Source: Octopus vulgaris
Lineage: Eukaryota
Direction of reading: 5' to 3'
DNA: 64,000 nucleotides
Assembly: GCA_951406725.2 (NCBI GenBank)
Contig: OX597829.1
Span: forward strand, 51,212,001-51,276,000
Shown here in pieces: positions 13,534-26,819 of the stretch (position 1 is the stretch's first letter; every line of letters starts with the position of its first letter). The position numbers were made by a program, and so were the translations under genes. The notes under the pieces were generated by a model. It searched no databases, was not told where the DNA came from, and saw only the letters and a list, made by a program, of their open reading frames with translations.

Positions 13534-14302
13534 TATGTAGGTGAATCAGACGAGACTGGCTCGACCAAAATTGTATATATATATATGTGTGTGTGTGTAA
13601 TATGTATGCATGTCGTATGTCTTAATTTGAGATGTTGTAGTTCCCTCTCTTTGTAACTATGAAAACAAAAATAGAAAGTTTCTAACTTGATTAAGGTCGA
13701 AAAATACCCCCCACAAAACACGAAAGTAACCAGGTAACCTTGTTTTTTTTAATGATAAAACTTCTGGAGCAAATAAATAAAAAAAAAAGATGAGAGAAGG
13801 TAAAAAAAAAAAACACGTAGAAACGAAAGATAAATTTGACACAACTCTGTCCAGGAAGTAATTAAATTTTTTTTTTTTTTTAAAAAGACTGTCTAATTAC
13901 CGCAAAATGTATAGTTTTGCAACAGTTTATTTGTCTAACTTAGTAAGGTTTAACTGAATAAGCGTAAATAATAATAAGTAAAAGGAATGTTTCTGGACAA
14001 AACTTTCTAAGTGAAGCGGTTTTCTCTTACTTAAGTCGAGTATGTTTTTCCTTGGCACATTCCTGTTTGCATTTTTGGATTTACTAATCTCCTTTTAAAC
14101 TTTTATTTTTCGATTTTTATGTTTGATTTTATTCTTACAGGACCATATCTGTGCTTGTGTGTGTGTATGCATATATATATATATATTATATATAGATATA
14201 TACGCGTGCATGAGGACGAATTGATGTATATAAATTGCACTTTAAAAAGTTTTTACTTCCGACAGCAGTTAAACTTCCTTTTTTTTTTTTTTGTTAATCT
14301 AG

Positions 14303-14521
14303 GGAATATTGGTCCTGCTGGGAATATTAGGTTGGCTGAAAATCCAAATTCCTCAACGAACTTTGACCTTTTTGATGGTGAAGGCAATGTGAACGATTCT
14401 TACAATATAGAAGCATTGTCTCCACACGTTTCCCTTCAGGAAACCCATGGGAATTTTGGCACAAATATCAGTGAAACTAACGAAAGTGTAACTGCTGAAT
14501 CGGATACTGTTGGAAGTTCAG
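14303..14521 (+). CDS. Internal coding exon (phase 1-1), acidic/Ser-Asn-rich region, probably of the ZNF541-like gene
   Basis: Poly-T tract plus TAG acceptor (14301-14302), 219 nt open (GNIGPAGNIRLAENPNSSTNFDLFDGEG...ESDTVGSSG), donor G|GTAACT. Unique sequence, and phase-compatible with the exon at 61161. Confidence 0.7.
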
Positions 14522-14663
14522 GTAACTAATTAAAACCTTCTATTTTGATTGAACTGTTTTTGATTAACACCGTGTTTAGTAAACTGAAATTTTGTTATTG
14601 TAATTTTTTTAAAAAATAGATTAGACTACAAACTTAGGATATTATTATTAATAATAATAATAA

Positions 14664-15383
14664 TCCTTTCTAACACAGCCTCAAATTTCGTGGGAGGGAG
14701 TTTCTCAATTACATCAACCCCTCCCCATGCGATAGTACTCAACTAGAATTTAATTTATCGATCTCCGAAAAGATGAAAGGCAAAGTCGACCTCGGCGACA
14801 TTTGAACTCAGAACGTAAAGAACCGGAAAAAAATGCCGCTCAGTATTTTGTGCAACATGATAACGGTTCTGTCAGCTCGTCGCCTTAGTGATAATAATAA
14901 TAATCTTTTCTGCTCTAGTTTTTAAGTGGTTCTGGCACAGGTGCCTTTTACGTGCCTCTGGCAGGCCTGGAATTTGTGGGGAGGGGACTAGTCGATTACA
15001 TCGACCCAGTGTTTAACTGGTACTTAATTTATCGACCCCGAAAGGATGAAAAGCAAAGTTGACCGCGGTGGTATTTGAACTCAGAACGTGGTGACAGACG
15101 AAATGCCGTTAAGCAGTTTGTCCGGTATGCTTACGATTCTGCCAGTTCTTCGCCTTAAGAACAATAATAATCTTTTCTACTGTTGGAACAAGTACTGAAA
15201 TAGGCACAATACTTGGACTAATCGATTATATTGATCCCTGTGCTCAACAGGTTCGTATTTTATCGACTTCGAAAAGATAATGTGTGAAGTCAACTTTAGC
15301 GGAATTTGAACTTCGAACATAAAGCCGTAAGAAATGCTGTTAAACATTCTGTCCGGCATGATAATGATTCTGTCAACTTGCCA
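14664..15383 (-). mobile_element. Three tandem family B SINE copies
   Basis: Three repeats of GGATGAAAGGCAAAGTCGACC...TTTGAACTCAGAACG-like cores separated by (AAT)n. Confidence 0.75.
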
Positions 15384-15920
15384 CATCATCATCATCATCG
15401 TTTAGCGTCCGTTTTCCATGCTAGCACGGGTTGGATGGTTCGACTGGGGTCTGGGAAGCCAGGAGGCTGCATCAGGCTCCAGTCTGATCTGGCAGTGTTT
15501 CTACAGCTGGATGCCCTTCCTAACGCCAACCACTCCGTGAGTGTAGTGGGTGCTTTTTACGTGCCACTGGCACAGGTGCCAGGGGAGTCTGGCAGCAGCC
15601 ACAATCGGATTGGTGCTTTTTACGTGCCACCAGCATGGAAGCCAGTCAAGGCGGCGCTGGCATCAGCCACGTTCGGATGGTGCTTTTTACGTGCCACCAG
15701 CACAGAAGCCAGTCTAGGCGGTGCTGGCATCAGCCACGTTCGGATGGTGCTTTTTACGTGCCACCAGCACAGAAGCCAGTCAAGGCGGCGCTGGCATCGG
15801 CCACGTTCGGATGGTGCTTTTTACGTGCCACCGGCACAGGTATCACAACTACTATTTCCATTTGATATTTATTTCGATGTTGATGTACTTGACTCAATAG
15901 GTCTCCTCAAGCACAGCAGG
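15384..15920 (-). mobile_element. RTE 3' UTR copy with about 5 internal tandem units
   Basis: (CAT)n on the + strand, GGATGCCCTTCC motif, and repeated GGTGCTTTTTACGTGCCACC units. Confidence 0.8.
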
Positions 15921-15999
15921 TCTCCTCTAATAATAATAATAATAATCGTTTCTTTATTATCCACTAAAAGCTTACAAAAGGATGGAGGACATTACAGAA

Positions 16000-17070
16000 T
16001 GTGATACAATGCGGGATTGCTTGAAAGAGTATATAAACAGAAAAATAAAGAAGCAATAAATTATAACAATGGATAATTCCCCAAAAGAGAGGTTTCTAAG
16101 GTCTACTAGTGGAAACCTCACAAAACCTCAGTCAAGTACTGAAGCAAGTGCCTTGTTTCTGTTGTTCTCACATCTACAAGTGCATGCTCAGAGTTGGCCC
16201 ATTCACTCAAGTCATACTCACCATTCCACCTTTCAATGAATTTTCCAGAAAGCAGCACTTCCCTCTCCACCCTTCCTTTTCAAGTAAAACATGAGAAAGT
16301 TAACGAGGGTTTGGCTAAAGGGGGAGGTGTACATCTTCAGCTCTTTCAGTCTGGCCACCATGCAACCTCTTTTGTTAAGGCCAAACAAAAGCAACTGGAT
16401 GATGTTTATGGTGGGTTCAACAGATCTGTTCTACATGTAACAGCAGCTCTTCATCATAAACCTGTAAGTCAGTAATTTATTTCTTTATTGCCCACAGGGG
16501 GCTAAACATTGAGGGGACAAACAAGTTACAGACAGGGATTAAGTCGATTATATCGACCCCAGTGTGTAACTGGTACTTACTTAATCAACCCCGAAAGGAT
16601 GAAAGGCAAAGTCGACCTCAGCGGAATTTGAACTCAGAACGTAACGGCAGACTAAATACCGCTAAGCATTTCGCCCGGCATACTAACGATTCTGCCAGCT
16701 CACCGCCTTTTTAAATCAGTAATGCTCATCTACCGGACAGGTGAGTGCAGAAGGGCTGCATCACTCGGCATGCACATCAGGCAGGCCCAGTTTATGGCAC
16801 TTCCATACCTGTAGAGTTTATCTCAAACTGGCACTGCCAGGCAAAGGATTTCTAGAAATTATCCATGTTCCCCAGCCCAAAAGTCCTCCAGAATAGACCA
16901 GCCAGTTGATTTCCATCAATGCATGAAGTTTCCCCAAGAGCATTGTCACTCTTGCTCATCACTAATGCTCTGTAGATCACCATGATGAAACTTCCACTAA
17001 TCACACACAACCTGACTGTAAAGGGCTGTAAGCATTTGACAACATTCCAGATGACCCTCAACAGCCTTCC
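16000..17070 (-). mobile_element. Decayed Tx1/L1-type LINE 3' portion interrupted by a family B SINE (16478-16708)
   Basis: Minus-strand remnants LAGLFWRTFG..MDNF*KSFAWQC..DKLYRYGSAINWACLMC (zinc-knuckle-like) and a terminal FIERW..VNGPTLSMHL*. Many stops and frameshifts. Confidence 0.5.
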
Positions 17071-17954
17071 CTCTATAAATATGATACGTTTTTTTCTTTG
17101 TGATTTACTTTTTTGGTGCAGAGCCCCTAAAAGAAAATCCAGGTTTTGAATCTGGTCTGGATATCAAAAAGGTTGAGAACCACTGGTATAAACAGCACAG
17201 AATTCTACAGAATCACTACCAAGTAATACACTGTATTCCCTACACAATCATCATACAATGAAATAACCCACACCTTACATACTCTTCCACAGTCGACACC
17301 CAACACTATAAACATCATCAGTCTGCATTTTACACAGTTGTCACCTTATAATATAATTCAACCCACACAGCATTTATTTTAACACAATTGCCACCCAACA
17401 TTAAAACACACACTGCCAATTACACAGCAGAGAAGAAACACAAACAGAAGCCAATAACAACTCAATGCATATTCTTACATGATTGACACCCTGGTAGGGT
17501 AATACCAAGAACTCACACAGATGCGAAACCATGTAGTGAGTGAAGTTTGCTTATGAACCACATGGCTCTGGGTTCAGTCCTACCTTGAGCAAGTGTCTTC
17601 TACTATAGCCTCAGGCCAGCCAAAGCCTTGTGAGTGGATTTGGTAGACGGAAACTGAAAGAAGCCCATCATGTATTTGTGTGTGTGTGTGTCTTTGTGCC
17701 TGCATTTGTCATCCACCACCAATTGACAACTGGTGTTGGTGTGTTTATATCCCTGTAACTTAGCAGTTTGGCAAGAGAGACCAATAGAATAAGTATCAGG
17801 CTTAAAAAAATGAGGAGGCACTGGAGTCAATGCGTTCAACTAAAAATTCTTCTAGGTGGTGCCAAAGCATGGCCACAGCCAAATAAGTAAAAGTAACTCA
17901 CGTTCACCTCATAGGCATATTCTATTCAATCACTAAGCAGTGAAATGACATTTA

Positions 17955-18565
17955 TCATCATCGTTTAACGTCCGCTTTCCATGCTAGCATGGGTTGGACG
18001 GTTCAACTGGGGTCTGGGGAGCCCGAAGGCTGCAGATCTGGCAGTGTTTCTACAGCTTGATGCCCTTCCTAACACCAACCACTCCGTGAGTGTAGTGGGT
18101 GCTTTTTTTACGTGCCACCGACACAGGTGCCAGACGAGGCTGGCAAACGGTCACGCACGGGTGGTGTTTTTTACGTGCCACCAGCACGGAGGCCAGGCGA
18201 GGCTGGCACAGCCACGTTTGGATGGTGTTTGTTACGTGCCCACAGCACGGAGGCCAGTCGATGCGGTACTGGCTACGGCCACGTTCGGATGGTGTTTGTT
18301 ACGTGCCCACAGCACGGAGGCCAGTCGATGCGGTACTGGCTACGGCCACGTTCGGATGGTGTTTGTTACGTGCCCACAGCACGGAGGCCAGTCGATGCGG
18401 TACTGGCTACGGCCACGTTCGGATGGTGTTTGTTACGTGCCCACAGCACGGAGGCCAGTCGATGCGGTACTGGCTACGGCCACGTTCGGATGGTGTTTGT
18501 TACGTGCCCACAGCATGGAGGCCAGTCGATGCGGTACTGGCTACGGCCACGTTCGGATGGTTTTC
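17955..18565 (-). mobile_element. RTE 3' UTR copy with an expanded tandem array
   Basis: RTE tail followed by the tandem units described in the next feature. Confidence 0.8.
18241..18561. repeat. 67-bp minisatellite, about 4.8 near-perfect copies
   Basis: Unit CACAGCACGGAGGCCAGTCGATGCGGTACTGGCTACGGCCACGTTCGGATGGTGTTTGTTACGTGCC starts at 18241, 18308, 18375, 18442 and 18509. Confidence 0.95.
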
Positions 18566-19932
18566 TTATGTTAAACTCACATTACTGAGGAAATGGCAGT
18601 GGATCAGGAGATTTGCTGTAATTTATAAAACCACTGTCTTCCACACATACAGGTTTGTCCCTTCAGGTGCCAGTGCCACATAAAAGGCTCCTGTGCCAGT
18701 GCTGCATGAACGCACCCATGCCGATGGCACTTACAAAGCACCAGACACACTCTGTAAAGCGGTTGGTGTTAGGAAGAGCATCCAGCCATAGAAACCATGC
18801 CACAGCAGAGTGGAGTCTGGTGCAGCTCCATGTCAAGCTGTCCAACCCATGCCAGCATGGAAAGCAGATGTTAAATGATTATGATGATGATGATGATGAT
18901 GATGATCACAGCAGGAATTAATATTGAGGATGGTAGAAACATCTGGCCCAGAGTCACAAAGTCTGATTCAGCAAAGCTCATGCTGTCGTGTGAGAGTTTT
19001 CTTTTCGATTACATTGGTGGGCAACTCTGGTGTCATGGTGGAAGGGGCCAAAGCCCCTACAGAGCTGCTCCACCACCTGATGGAACATTGAAGATTACAT
19101 TCAGAAATGGAGTAAAACAGCACACTCAGTACACAGGTGTTTTGTTTTATTTTATTTATGCGCCCTTTTCAAGCCTAGACAGGCTCATGGCCCAGTTTCT
19201 GTGGCTGCAACGTGTCCCCCCCACCCACCCCAGCTGGACATTACCCAAAATGCAGGAAGAAAGAGTACAACAAGGGTCACCACCACCCCCTGCTGGAGCT
19301 TCATGGAGCTTTAGGTGTTTTCGCTCAATAAACACACATAACGCCCAGTCTGGGAATCGAAGCTGCAATCCTCCGACCGCGAGTCCGCTGCCCTAACCAT
19401 TGGACCATTGCACCTCCACACACAGGTGTTTACCCTAAATAATTACGCAACAGACGACACACTAAAATAACATAAGCATTAACAATATAAAATTCATCAT
19501 CATCTTTATCATCATTTTGCCTCCACTCTCCATGCTGGCATAGGTTAAGCAGAGTAACAAGATCTGACACATCAGCAGACCACATCATGTTCTACTGTAT
19601 TAGTTCTGGCTTGGTTTCTCTAGCTGGATGCCCTTTTTAGTGCCAACCACTTTACACAGTATACTGGATGCTCCTTTTGTGGTGCCAGCACTTGCAAAGT
19701 CATCTTAACTCTTTTGATATCAACCCACCTAAACTGCCCCAGGTTCTATGACGTAAACTTACTGTTCTAAAGTGGTCTAAATTACAATTTTCCATCAAAA
19801 TTTCCATGTTAATTTGCCCCAAACCCCAGCTTAATAACGAGAAAGTTATTTGATGAAATACTTCAAAACTTAATTGAAATAAAGGCAGCAAATGTTGAGC
19901 AAAATATGGTAACAAAAGGGTTAAAGCTTGCA

Positions 19933-20327
19933 AGGCGCAGGAGTGGCTGCGTGGTAAGTAGCTTGCTTACCAACCACATGGTTCTGGGTTCAGTCCCACT
20001 GTGTGGCACCTTGGGCAAGTGTCTTCTACTATAGCCTCGGGCCGACCAAAGCCTTGTGAGTGGATTTGGTAGACGGAAACTGAAAAAAGCTTGTTGTATA
20101 TATGTATATGTATATATGCGTGTGTGTGTTTGTCCCCCTAGCATTGCTTGACAACCGATGCTGGTGTGTTTATGTCCCCGTCACTTAGCGGTTCGGCAAA
20201 AGACACCGATAGAATAAGTACTGGGCTTACAAAAGAATAAGTCCCGGGTTTGAGTTGCTCGACTAAAGGCGGTGCTCCAGCATGGCCGCAGTCAACTGAC
20301 TGAAACAAGTAAAAGAGTAAAGAGTAA
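19933..20327 (+). mobile_element. tRNA-derived SINE family A, full length
   Basis: GGCGCAGGAGTGGCTGCGTGG head, GGTTCAGTCCC B box, and an AAAGAGT-repeat tail. Confidence 0.9.
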
Positions 20328-21719
20328 GTTTAACGAACTGAGAAAGTGCCTCTTTACTCACCAACTCGAATGAGAGAGAGAGAGAGAGAGAGAGAGAGTG
20401 ATTTTAGTTAAGGCAGGGTGGTGAGAGAAATGAAGGCTCATGGCTCAGTGGTTAGGGTGTTGGAATCGTGATTGTAAGATTGTGTGGTTTCATTTCCTGG
20501 ACCGGGCACGGCATTGTGTTCTTGAACAAAACACGTTGCTCCATTCCACTCATGTGGTAAAGATGAGTAATCCTGTGAAGGACTGAGGTCCTATCCAGGG
20601 AGGAATGTATACACCAGAGAAACCAGGAAACCAGCGCTTTGCTCCTTCAAGGAGTAATGTAGACTGATGAAGGTGATGAGAGAGGATAGAGTATGACGAG
20701 GGAAACAGATCATTGTGAGAGAGTAAGACAGTGTTGCTGTCTTTGTTGCCATACTCTGATGTGGTCTACACACAATTCTACTCCACTAATTATCCATATT
20801 GGGATTACACATGTGCATCTAATGGACTGGAAATTCATATAAACCTGTTGAAAATAGTGATAATATTTTGATGAAAACAACAATAATTTTTTCCTACTCG
20901 AGGCACAAGGCCTGAAATTTTTGGCAACAGGGTCAGTTAATTGTATCAACCCCAGTACACAACTGGTCCTTAATTTATCGAAAGGGTGAAAGGCAAAGTC
21001 AACCTCCGTGGAATTTGAACTCAGAACGTAAAAACAGACAAAATACTGATGCACATTTCACCGTAAACAACAATAATTATTCCTAACATAGACACACGGC
21101 TCGAAATTTGAAGGAAGAATACGTCAGTTCTATCAGACTTGATGGTACTTCCACACATGTTGAATTTATGAGGAATACAAACACCGCCTTTGATATCACT
21201 ACCAAGTCAAGTTCTGTGGAATAGTCTCTTCAGTTGATCTTTGATGAGTTTCAGAGTCTACTCAAGAATGTTGCTACTCTACCCCCCAGTAGCCCTCTAT
21301 AGAATACAAAGGCTGATGTACCACCATCTGCATTACCCTATCCCTAGAGCCTAGCTCCGCAACCCTTTTTCACTTGCAGTACAATTATACTCTTTTTGAA
21401 ATTTGGCAGCACACCTGAACTATAGTGGGGAAAATTATATTCAGATTACACTGCGCCACACCGAGCATTGTCTTGTGGTACACCGGTGTGTCCTGGCATG
21501 CCGGTTGCAGCGCGCTGCTGTAGAGAACTGTAAGTGCTAGGCAATGCTACAGATATCCAATCTTGCTTTTTGTTTGACACAGGATTGCAGCATCATCTCT
21601 TTGATGAAGCTGCAAGAAAACATGCCTCATACAACAACATCTCCTTGGTGTAGAAAACTCTGCAATGCCAACAGTCTCAGCACACACACACAGACATGCA
21701 ATTCATTATAATATTCAAT

Positions 21720-22184
21720 TGCACCCATGCCAAACCCCTTTGATTGTGAAGACCTGTTGGGGCAAGTGAAATCGAAATTGAACCAATCCTATGACTGGCC
21801 CCTGGACTGGTGGTACGTAAAAAGCACTATCCGAATCGTGGCCGATGCCAGCGCTGCCTCGACTGGCTTCCGTGCCGGTGGCACGTAAAAGGGAAAATCC
21901 GAATCGTGGCCGAAGCCAGTGCCGCCTCGACTGGCTTCCGTGCCGGTGGCACATAAAATGCACCAATCTGACCGTGGCCGATGCCAGCCTCGCCTGGCAC
22001 CTGTGCAGGTGGCACATAAAAAGCACCCACTACACTCAGAGTGGTTGGCGTTAGGAAGGGCATCCAGCTGTAGAAACACTGCCAGATAAGACTGGAGCCT
22101 TCTGGCTTCCCAGATCCCCAGTTGAACCGTCCAACCCATGCTAGCATGGAGAACGGACGTTAAACAATGATGATGATGATGATG
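21720..22184 (+). mobile_element. RTE 3' UTR copy with (GAT)n tail
   Basis: Matches the reverse complement of the 52338-52880 region. Four GTGGCACGTAAAA-type units. Confidence 0.8.
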
Positions 22185-22842
22185 AATTATAAAAATACAG
22201 TAGGATTATTTTTATAAAATAGGAATCAAGAGGGTCCATAGATCCATGTGTGGGGTGGTGGTCTTTGTGTCTGTGTTTGGCCCTCCCCTTCCTGCTTGAT
22301 GACTGGTGTTGGTCTGTTCATGTCCCCAATAACTTAGCAGTTTGGCAAAAAAGAATGATAGACAATAGAATAAGTGCCAAGCTTAAAAAGAAAATGGTGG
22401 GGTCAATTCAGTTGACTAAACATTCTTCAAGGTGGTGCACCAGCATGGCCACAGTCTAATGACTGAAAATGGTAATTAGTAAATCTGGTAAAATAACTTT
22501 GACAGTTTTAATAAGCTACGGTTTTATTCTTTTACTTGTTTCAGTCATTAGTAGAACAAATCAACCCCATGACTTGTTCTGTTGGTATTTTGCCAAACCA
22601 CTAAGTTACAGGAATGTAAACACAACAACATCAAATGGTGTCAAATGATGGTGAGGGGGTGGGGGCAAATACACACACACATACGAATATATACATGTAT
22701 GTTGTGGCATGGTTTCTATGGCTGGATGCTCTTCCTAAAGCCTACCACTTTACAGAGTGTGTTCGGTGCTTTGTAGGTGCCACCGGCATGGGTATATGTA
22801 TATATATATGTATGTATATATATATGTATGTATATATATATG

Positions 22843-22877
<35 letters not shown>

Positions 22878-23050
22878 TAGTGATGTATCATGGCAAAACC
22901 TATATATATATATATATATAGGCTTCTTTCAGTTTCCGTCTTCCAAATCCATTCACAAGGCTTTGTCATTCAGTGGAACTGAACTGGGAAGCAAGCTTCT
23001 TACCACACAGCCACTCCTGCACCTGAACATAAATTAACAATAAAATTTAA

Positions 23051-23260
23051 CTCTCTTTACTCTTTTACTCTTTTACTTGTTTCAGTCATTTGACTTCGGC
23101 CATGCTGGAGTACTGCCTTTAGTCGAGCAAATCGACCCCGGGACTTGTTCTTTGTAAGCCCAGTACTTATTCTATCGGTCTCTTTTGCCGAACCACTAAG
23201 TGACGGGGACGTAAACACACCAGCATCGGTTGTCAAGCAATGCTAGGGAAACAAACACAA

Positions 23261-23297
<37 letters not shown>

Positions 23298-23468
23298 CAT
23301 ATATACGATGGGCTTCTTTCAGTTTCCATCTACCAAATCCACTCACAAGGCATTGGTCGGCCCGGGGCTATAGCAGAAGACACTTGCCCAAGATGTCACA
23401 CAGTGGGACAGAATGTGGAACCATGTGGTTGGTTAGCAAGCTACTTACCACACAGCCACTCCTGCTCC
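23051..23468 (-). mobile_element. tRNA-derived SINE family A
   Basis: Reverse complement of 19933-20327. Confidence 0.9.
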
Positions 23469-24181
23469 TACTGTTGTAGTTTGTATCATAAAGATGACCA
23501 CCCATCCTTTCCCCACCCTCACCCCAGGTGGTTTGGAATGAATAGGGTCCGTCCCTTATGACTAGTAACCAGGGGCATACCACATGTTTATTTATAGATG
23601 TTCTCAGAGTTTATCATGGAATGTCCTTCTTTAAACGATGATGATGATGATATATGAAAACTTTTAACCTTAGCTATGGTTGAGGCTGTAAGTTGCAGTT
23701 TCCTTACCTATGAAATATGTTGTCCCTACAAGTAATTAATATGTATTTATTGTCATTTTCCTTGGTTTTTATTGCCCATTGCTTTTGTTTTCTTTTTTTT
23801 TCTTTCTCTCCTTTATTTCAATTTTCTTTCACTTTAATCCACTTCACCACCACCTTCTTCTTCCCTCACTGTCTCATTTGAATGACCTTTGACCAGAGCT
23901 GCTAATACATACACATTCCATTTCACTCAATTGTCCTCTCTTCCCCCCCCCTTCTCTCTCTCTCTCTCTCTTTGTCCCTACCTGCCCTGCTTTCTTTACA
24001 CACCTACATATTTCACAGTATTGACCAGCCCACATATATGCATTCACATACATACATACATTGACTTCCATTACTAGCTCTTAAAGGGCTGTCATCAATA
24101 TTTCTACTGTTTTATGCTGAATAATTTACCTTAAATTGTAGTTATCTCATTTAAAAGTATATATCACAGATCATATCATAT

Positions 24182-24224
<43 letters not shown>

Positions 24225-24501
24225 CCTTTGCATTTGATTTTTTAATGTCTTTACCCCCAAACTTTCGTGAGTTGAGTTGAGCAAACACTATATGAGAGAG
24301 GTTTTCTTTAAGTATTAGAAATAGTTTTAAAAAGGTTTTTTAGCTGCTATTTCTAATGAGTTCAGTATGCGGCAAAGTAATTTATTTTACTAAGCCCTTT
24401 TATATAATGTAATAATTTGAATTCGCCTTAAATGGTCCCTTTGCATACTGAACACTTGGTGAAATTGATTAATAATTAATTAATTTTACCCTCAATTGTT
24501 G

Positions 24502-24551
<50 letters not shown>

Positions 24552-24583
24552 TTTATTTAAAGCAGCAGAAAATTCAACAAAAC

Positions 24584-24620
24584 CTGTTACTCTGAGTTTC
24601 ACGTTCCGTTCGTTGGACAG
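24584..24620 (-). ncRNA. Degenerate type I hammerhead ribozyme motif in a (TA)n-flanked fragment
   Basis: Minus strand CUGU-CCAACGA-ACG(GAA)CGU-GAAA-CUC(A)GAG-UA-ACAG. Stems I, II and III all pair, but the core deviates at U4 and G5. Confidence 0.6.
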
Positions 24621-24626
24621 TTTTTG

Positions 24627-24658
<32 letters not shown>

Positions 24659-24660
<2 letters not shown>

Positions 24661-24932
24661 CAATTGCAGCGTGGAAGGTGTTTATAAGTCATTTAAGAAA
24701 CACACAAAAAACGTTAGATTCACTTCAACATTTTATTTTAATTTGTCAAAATATTTTCGTCACTTTCAGACCGCAACCTGTTCACTGACAAAATCCTGTG
24801 CTGCACGGAAGTGAATCTAACGGTTTTTGTGTGTTTCTTAAATGGCTTATAAACACCTTCCACGCTGCAATTGTTTTCATTCTAGCACATGATCTCAGAT
24901 CAGGTCACTTGCTATGCAAGTACATCTCTGTA
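24659..24932. mobile_element. (TA)n-flanked inverted-repeat element, Penelope pLTR/retrozyme-like
   Basis: 68-bp arms 24659-24726 and 24808-24875 are near-perfect reverse complements, with an unpaired extension to ~24932. A hammerhead lies in the loop. Confidence 0.65.
24742..24792 (-). ncRNA. Type I hammerhead ribozyme, G3-C8 variant core
   Basis: Minus strand UUUGUCA-GUGAACA-G-GUUGC(GGUCUGAAA)GUGAC-GAAA-AUAU-UU-UGACAAA: 7-bp stem I, 5-bp stem II, palindromic stem III. Confidence 0.7.
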
Positions 24933-25511
24933 ATATATATATATATGTATATAATAACAATAATTCTAGGATGGAATTTATAAATATTTAAATCATCACT
25001 ACGCATTTCCACAAATCAGATATGATTTTAATCCTTGGGATTAGTAAAGTATAGTCCATACTATCCATGGGCATCCAGTTGATAATCATCATTGATTCAT
25101 TTCATCAAGCAGTAATACTGCATTATTGTATGAATCTCAGAGGGATGTTTATCTCTTCTTGCCAGTATGGAGGGCAATCTAGCTATGTGGGTATTTCTGT
25201 TTGTATTTGGTTGGAGGAGGTAGGTGATGGGAGTAGAGGAAGGAAGGAATGGTAGTTATATGGGGATGGAGGTGTGTGTGGTGGTGTTGAATATATATAT
25301 ATACATGAATAAGTGAGTGCATGATTACACGAGGACGAAGAAAGAGAACCACTAATAGTAACTCCACAGATAAAAAGGTTAAAAAATAGTATCATGTGTA
25401 ACTGCAGATATAAAGGCAAATGCGGAGTCAACAACAACTGCATGGTAGGCATACAAATGTGAAGGTAAATATGCAGAAATATAATGGGACTTCACAGATA
25501 TGCAACATATA

Positions 25512-25890
25512 GGCGCAGGAGTGGCTGTGTGGTAAGTAGCTTGCTAACCAACCACATGGTTCCGGGTTCAGTCCCACTGCATGGCATCTTGGACAACTGT
25601 CTTCTACTATAGCCCTGGGCCGACCAATGCCTTGTGAGTGGATTTGGTAGACGGAAACTGAAAGAAACCTGTCGTATATATGTATATATATGTATGTGTG
25701 TTTGTCACCTTAGCATTGCTTGACAACCGATGCTGGTGTGTGTATGTCCCCGTTACTTAGCGGTTCAGCAAAAGAGACCAATAGAATAAGTACTGGGCTT
25801 ACAAAAAGAATAAGTCCCAGGGTCGAGTTGCTCGATTAAAGGCGGTGCTCCAGTATGGCCGCAGTCAAATGACTGAAACAAGTAAAAGAT
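25512..25890 (+). mobile_element. tRNA-derived SINE family A
   Basis: Full-length match to 19933-20327. Confidence 0.9.
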
Positions 25891-26667
25891 TATATGCCTT
25901 GAAGAAACCCTGGAAATAATTACATCCAGAGAAAACTTAATAAATAGACACTCTTAGATAGTTATATCATGTAACCATCATCATCAATGTTTTACGTTTA
26001 TTCTCCCTACTGGCATGGGTCAGACGGTTTGTCTGAAGTCTGGAGAGCCAGCAGCTACACCAGGCTGCATCAGGCTGCAGTCTGATCTGGCATTGTTTCT
26101 ACAGCTGGATGCCCTTCCTAACACCAACCATTCTGGGAGTGTAGAGGGTGCTTTTTACATGCCAAACGAAATATCATTCATGGAATTTGAAAAACATATT
26201 TTGAACTGAAGTAACAAATTATAGAACAGTGAAGGAACCCAAGTAAATAATCGAACATACGTATAGGTGCAAGTGTGACTGTGGTAGGAAGGTTCAGTCC
26301 CAGTGTGTGGCACCTTGGGCAAGTGTCTTCTACTATAGTCTTGGACCGACCAAAGCCTTCTGAGTGGACTTGGTAGATGGAAACTGAAAGAAGCCCGTCA
26401 TATATATGTTTGTGTTTGTCCCCACCACCATCTACACACACATGCAGATTATCACATCCATCCATTCACACACCTGTCACTATAGCTGCTAACCTCCCAG
26501 AACAACAGTTACCACCACACGTACACATGCTATTACACACATACACACATGCTGTTACTTCCACACACACACACATTACCATACATACATGTGCTGCCAC
26601 ACACGCACAAATGCATGCACACCAACCATCTTCACATCTGCCGTTCCAGAAAGTACTTTTCCTTCCA

Positions 26668-26700
26668 TTTCCAAAGAGGAGCTATGCTCAAAATGTAAAA
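26668..26700 (+). ncRNA. Decayed minimal hammerhead motif (same family as 28130 and 38984)
   Basis: TTT-CCAAAGA-GGAGC(TAT)GCTC-AAAATGT-AAAA. The downstream ~110 bp, ending in TA/TG repeats, is homologous to 28164-28270. Confidence 0.45.
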
Positions 26701-26819
26701 CAACTACTCTCTTCTTTTTCAGCATCTTATTAATACATCACTTGTGCTATGTCCTCATGTGTTTGTTTTTCCTTTTCCTGTGTTTTTCTTAATTGACTGT
26801 GTGTGTATATATATATATG

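Noticed and set aside
15306-16004. 232-aa ORF and its many apparent paralogues (LQSDLAVFLQLDALPNANH)
   Set aside because: Antisense translation of the GC-rich RTE 3' UTR repeat. It is open in several frames and disrupted differently in each copy.
18100-18565. Regular repeat array resembling CRISPR
   Set aside because: The units are contiguous and near-identical with no unique spacers. There are no cas genes, the context is eukaryotic, and the array derives from the RTE 3' UTR.
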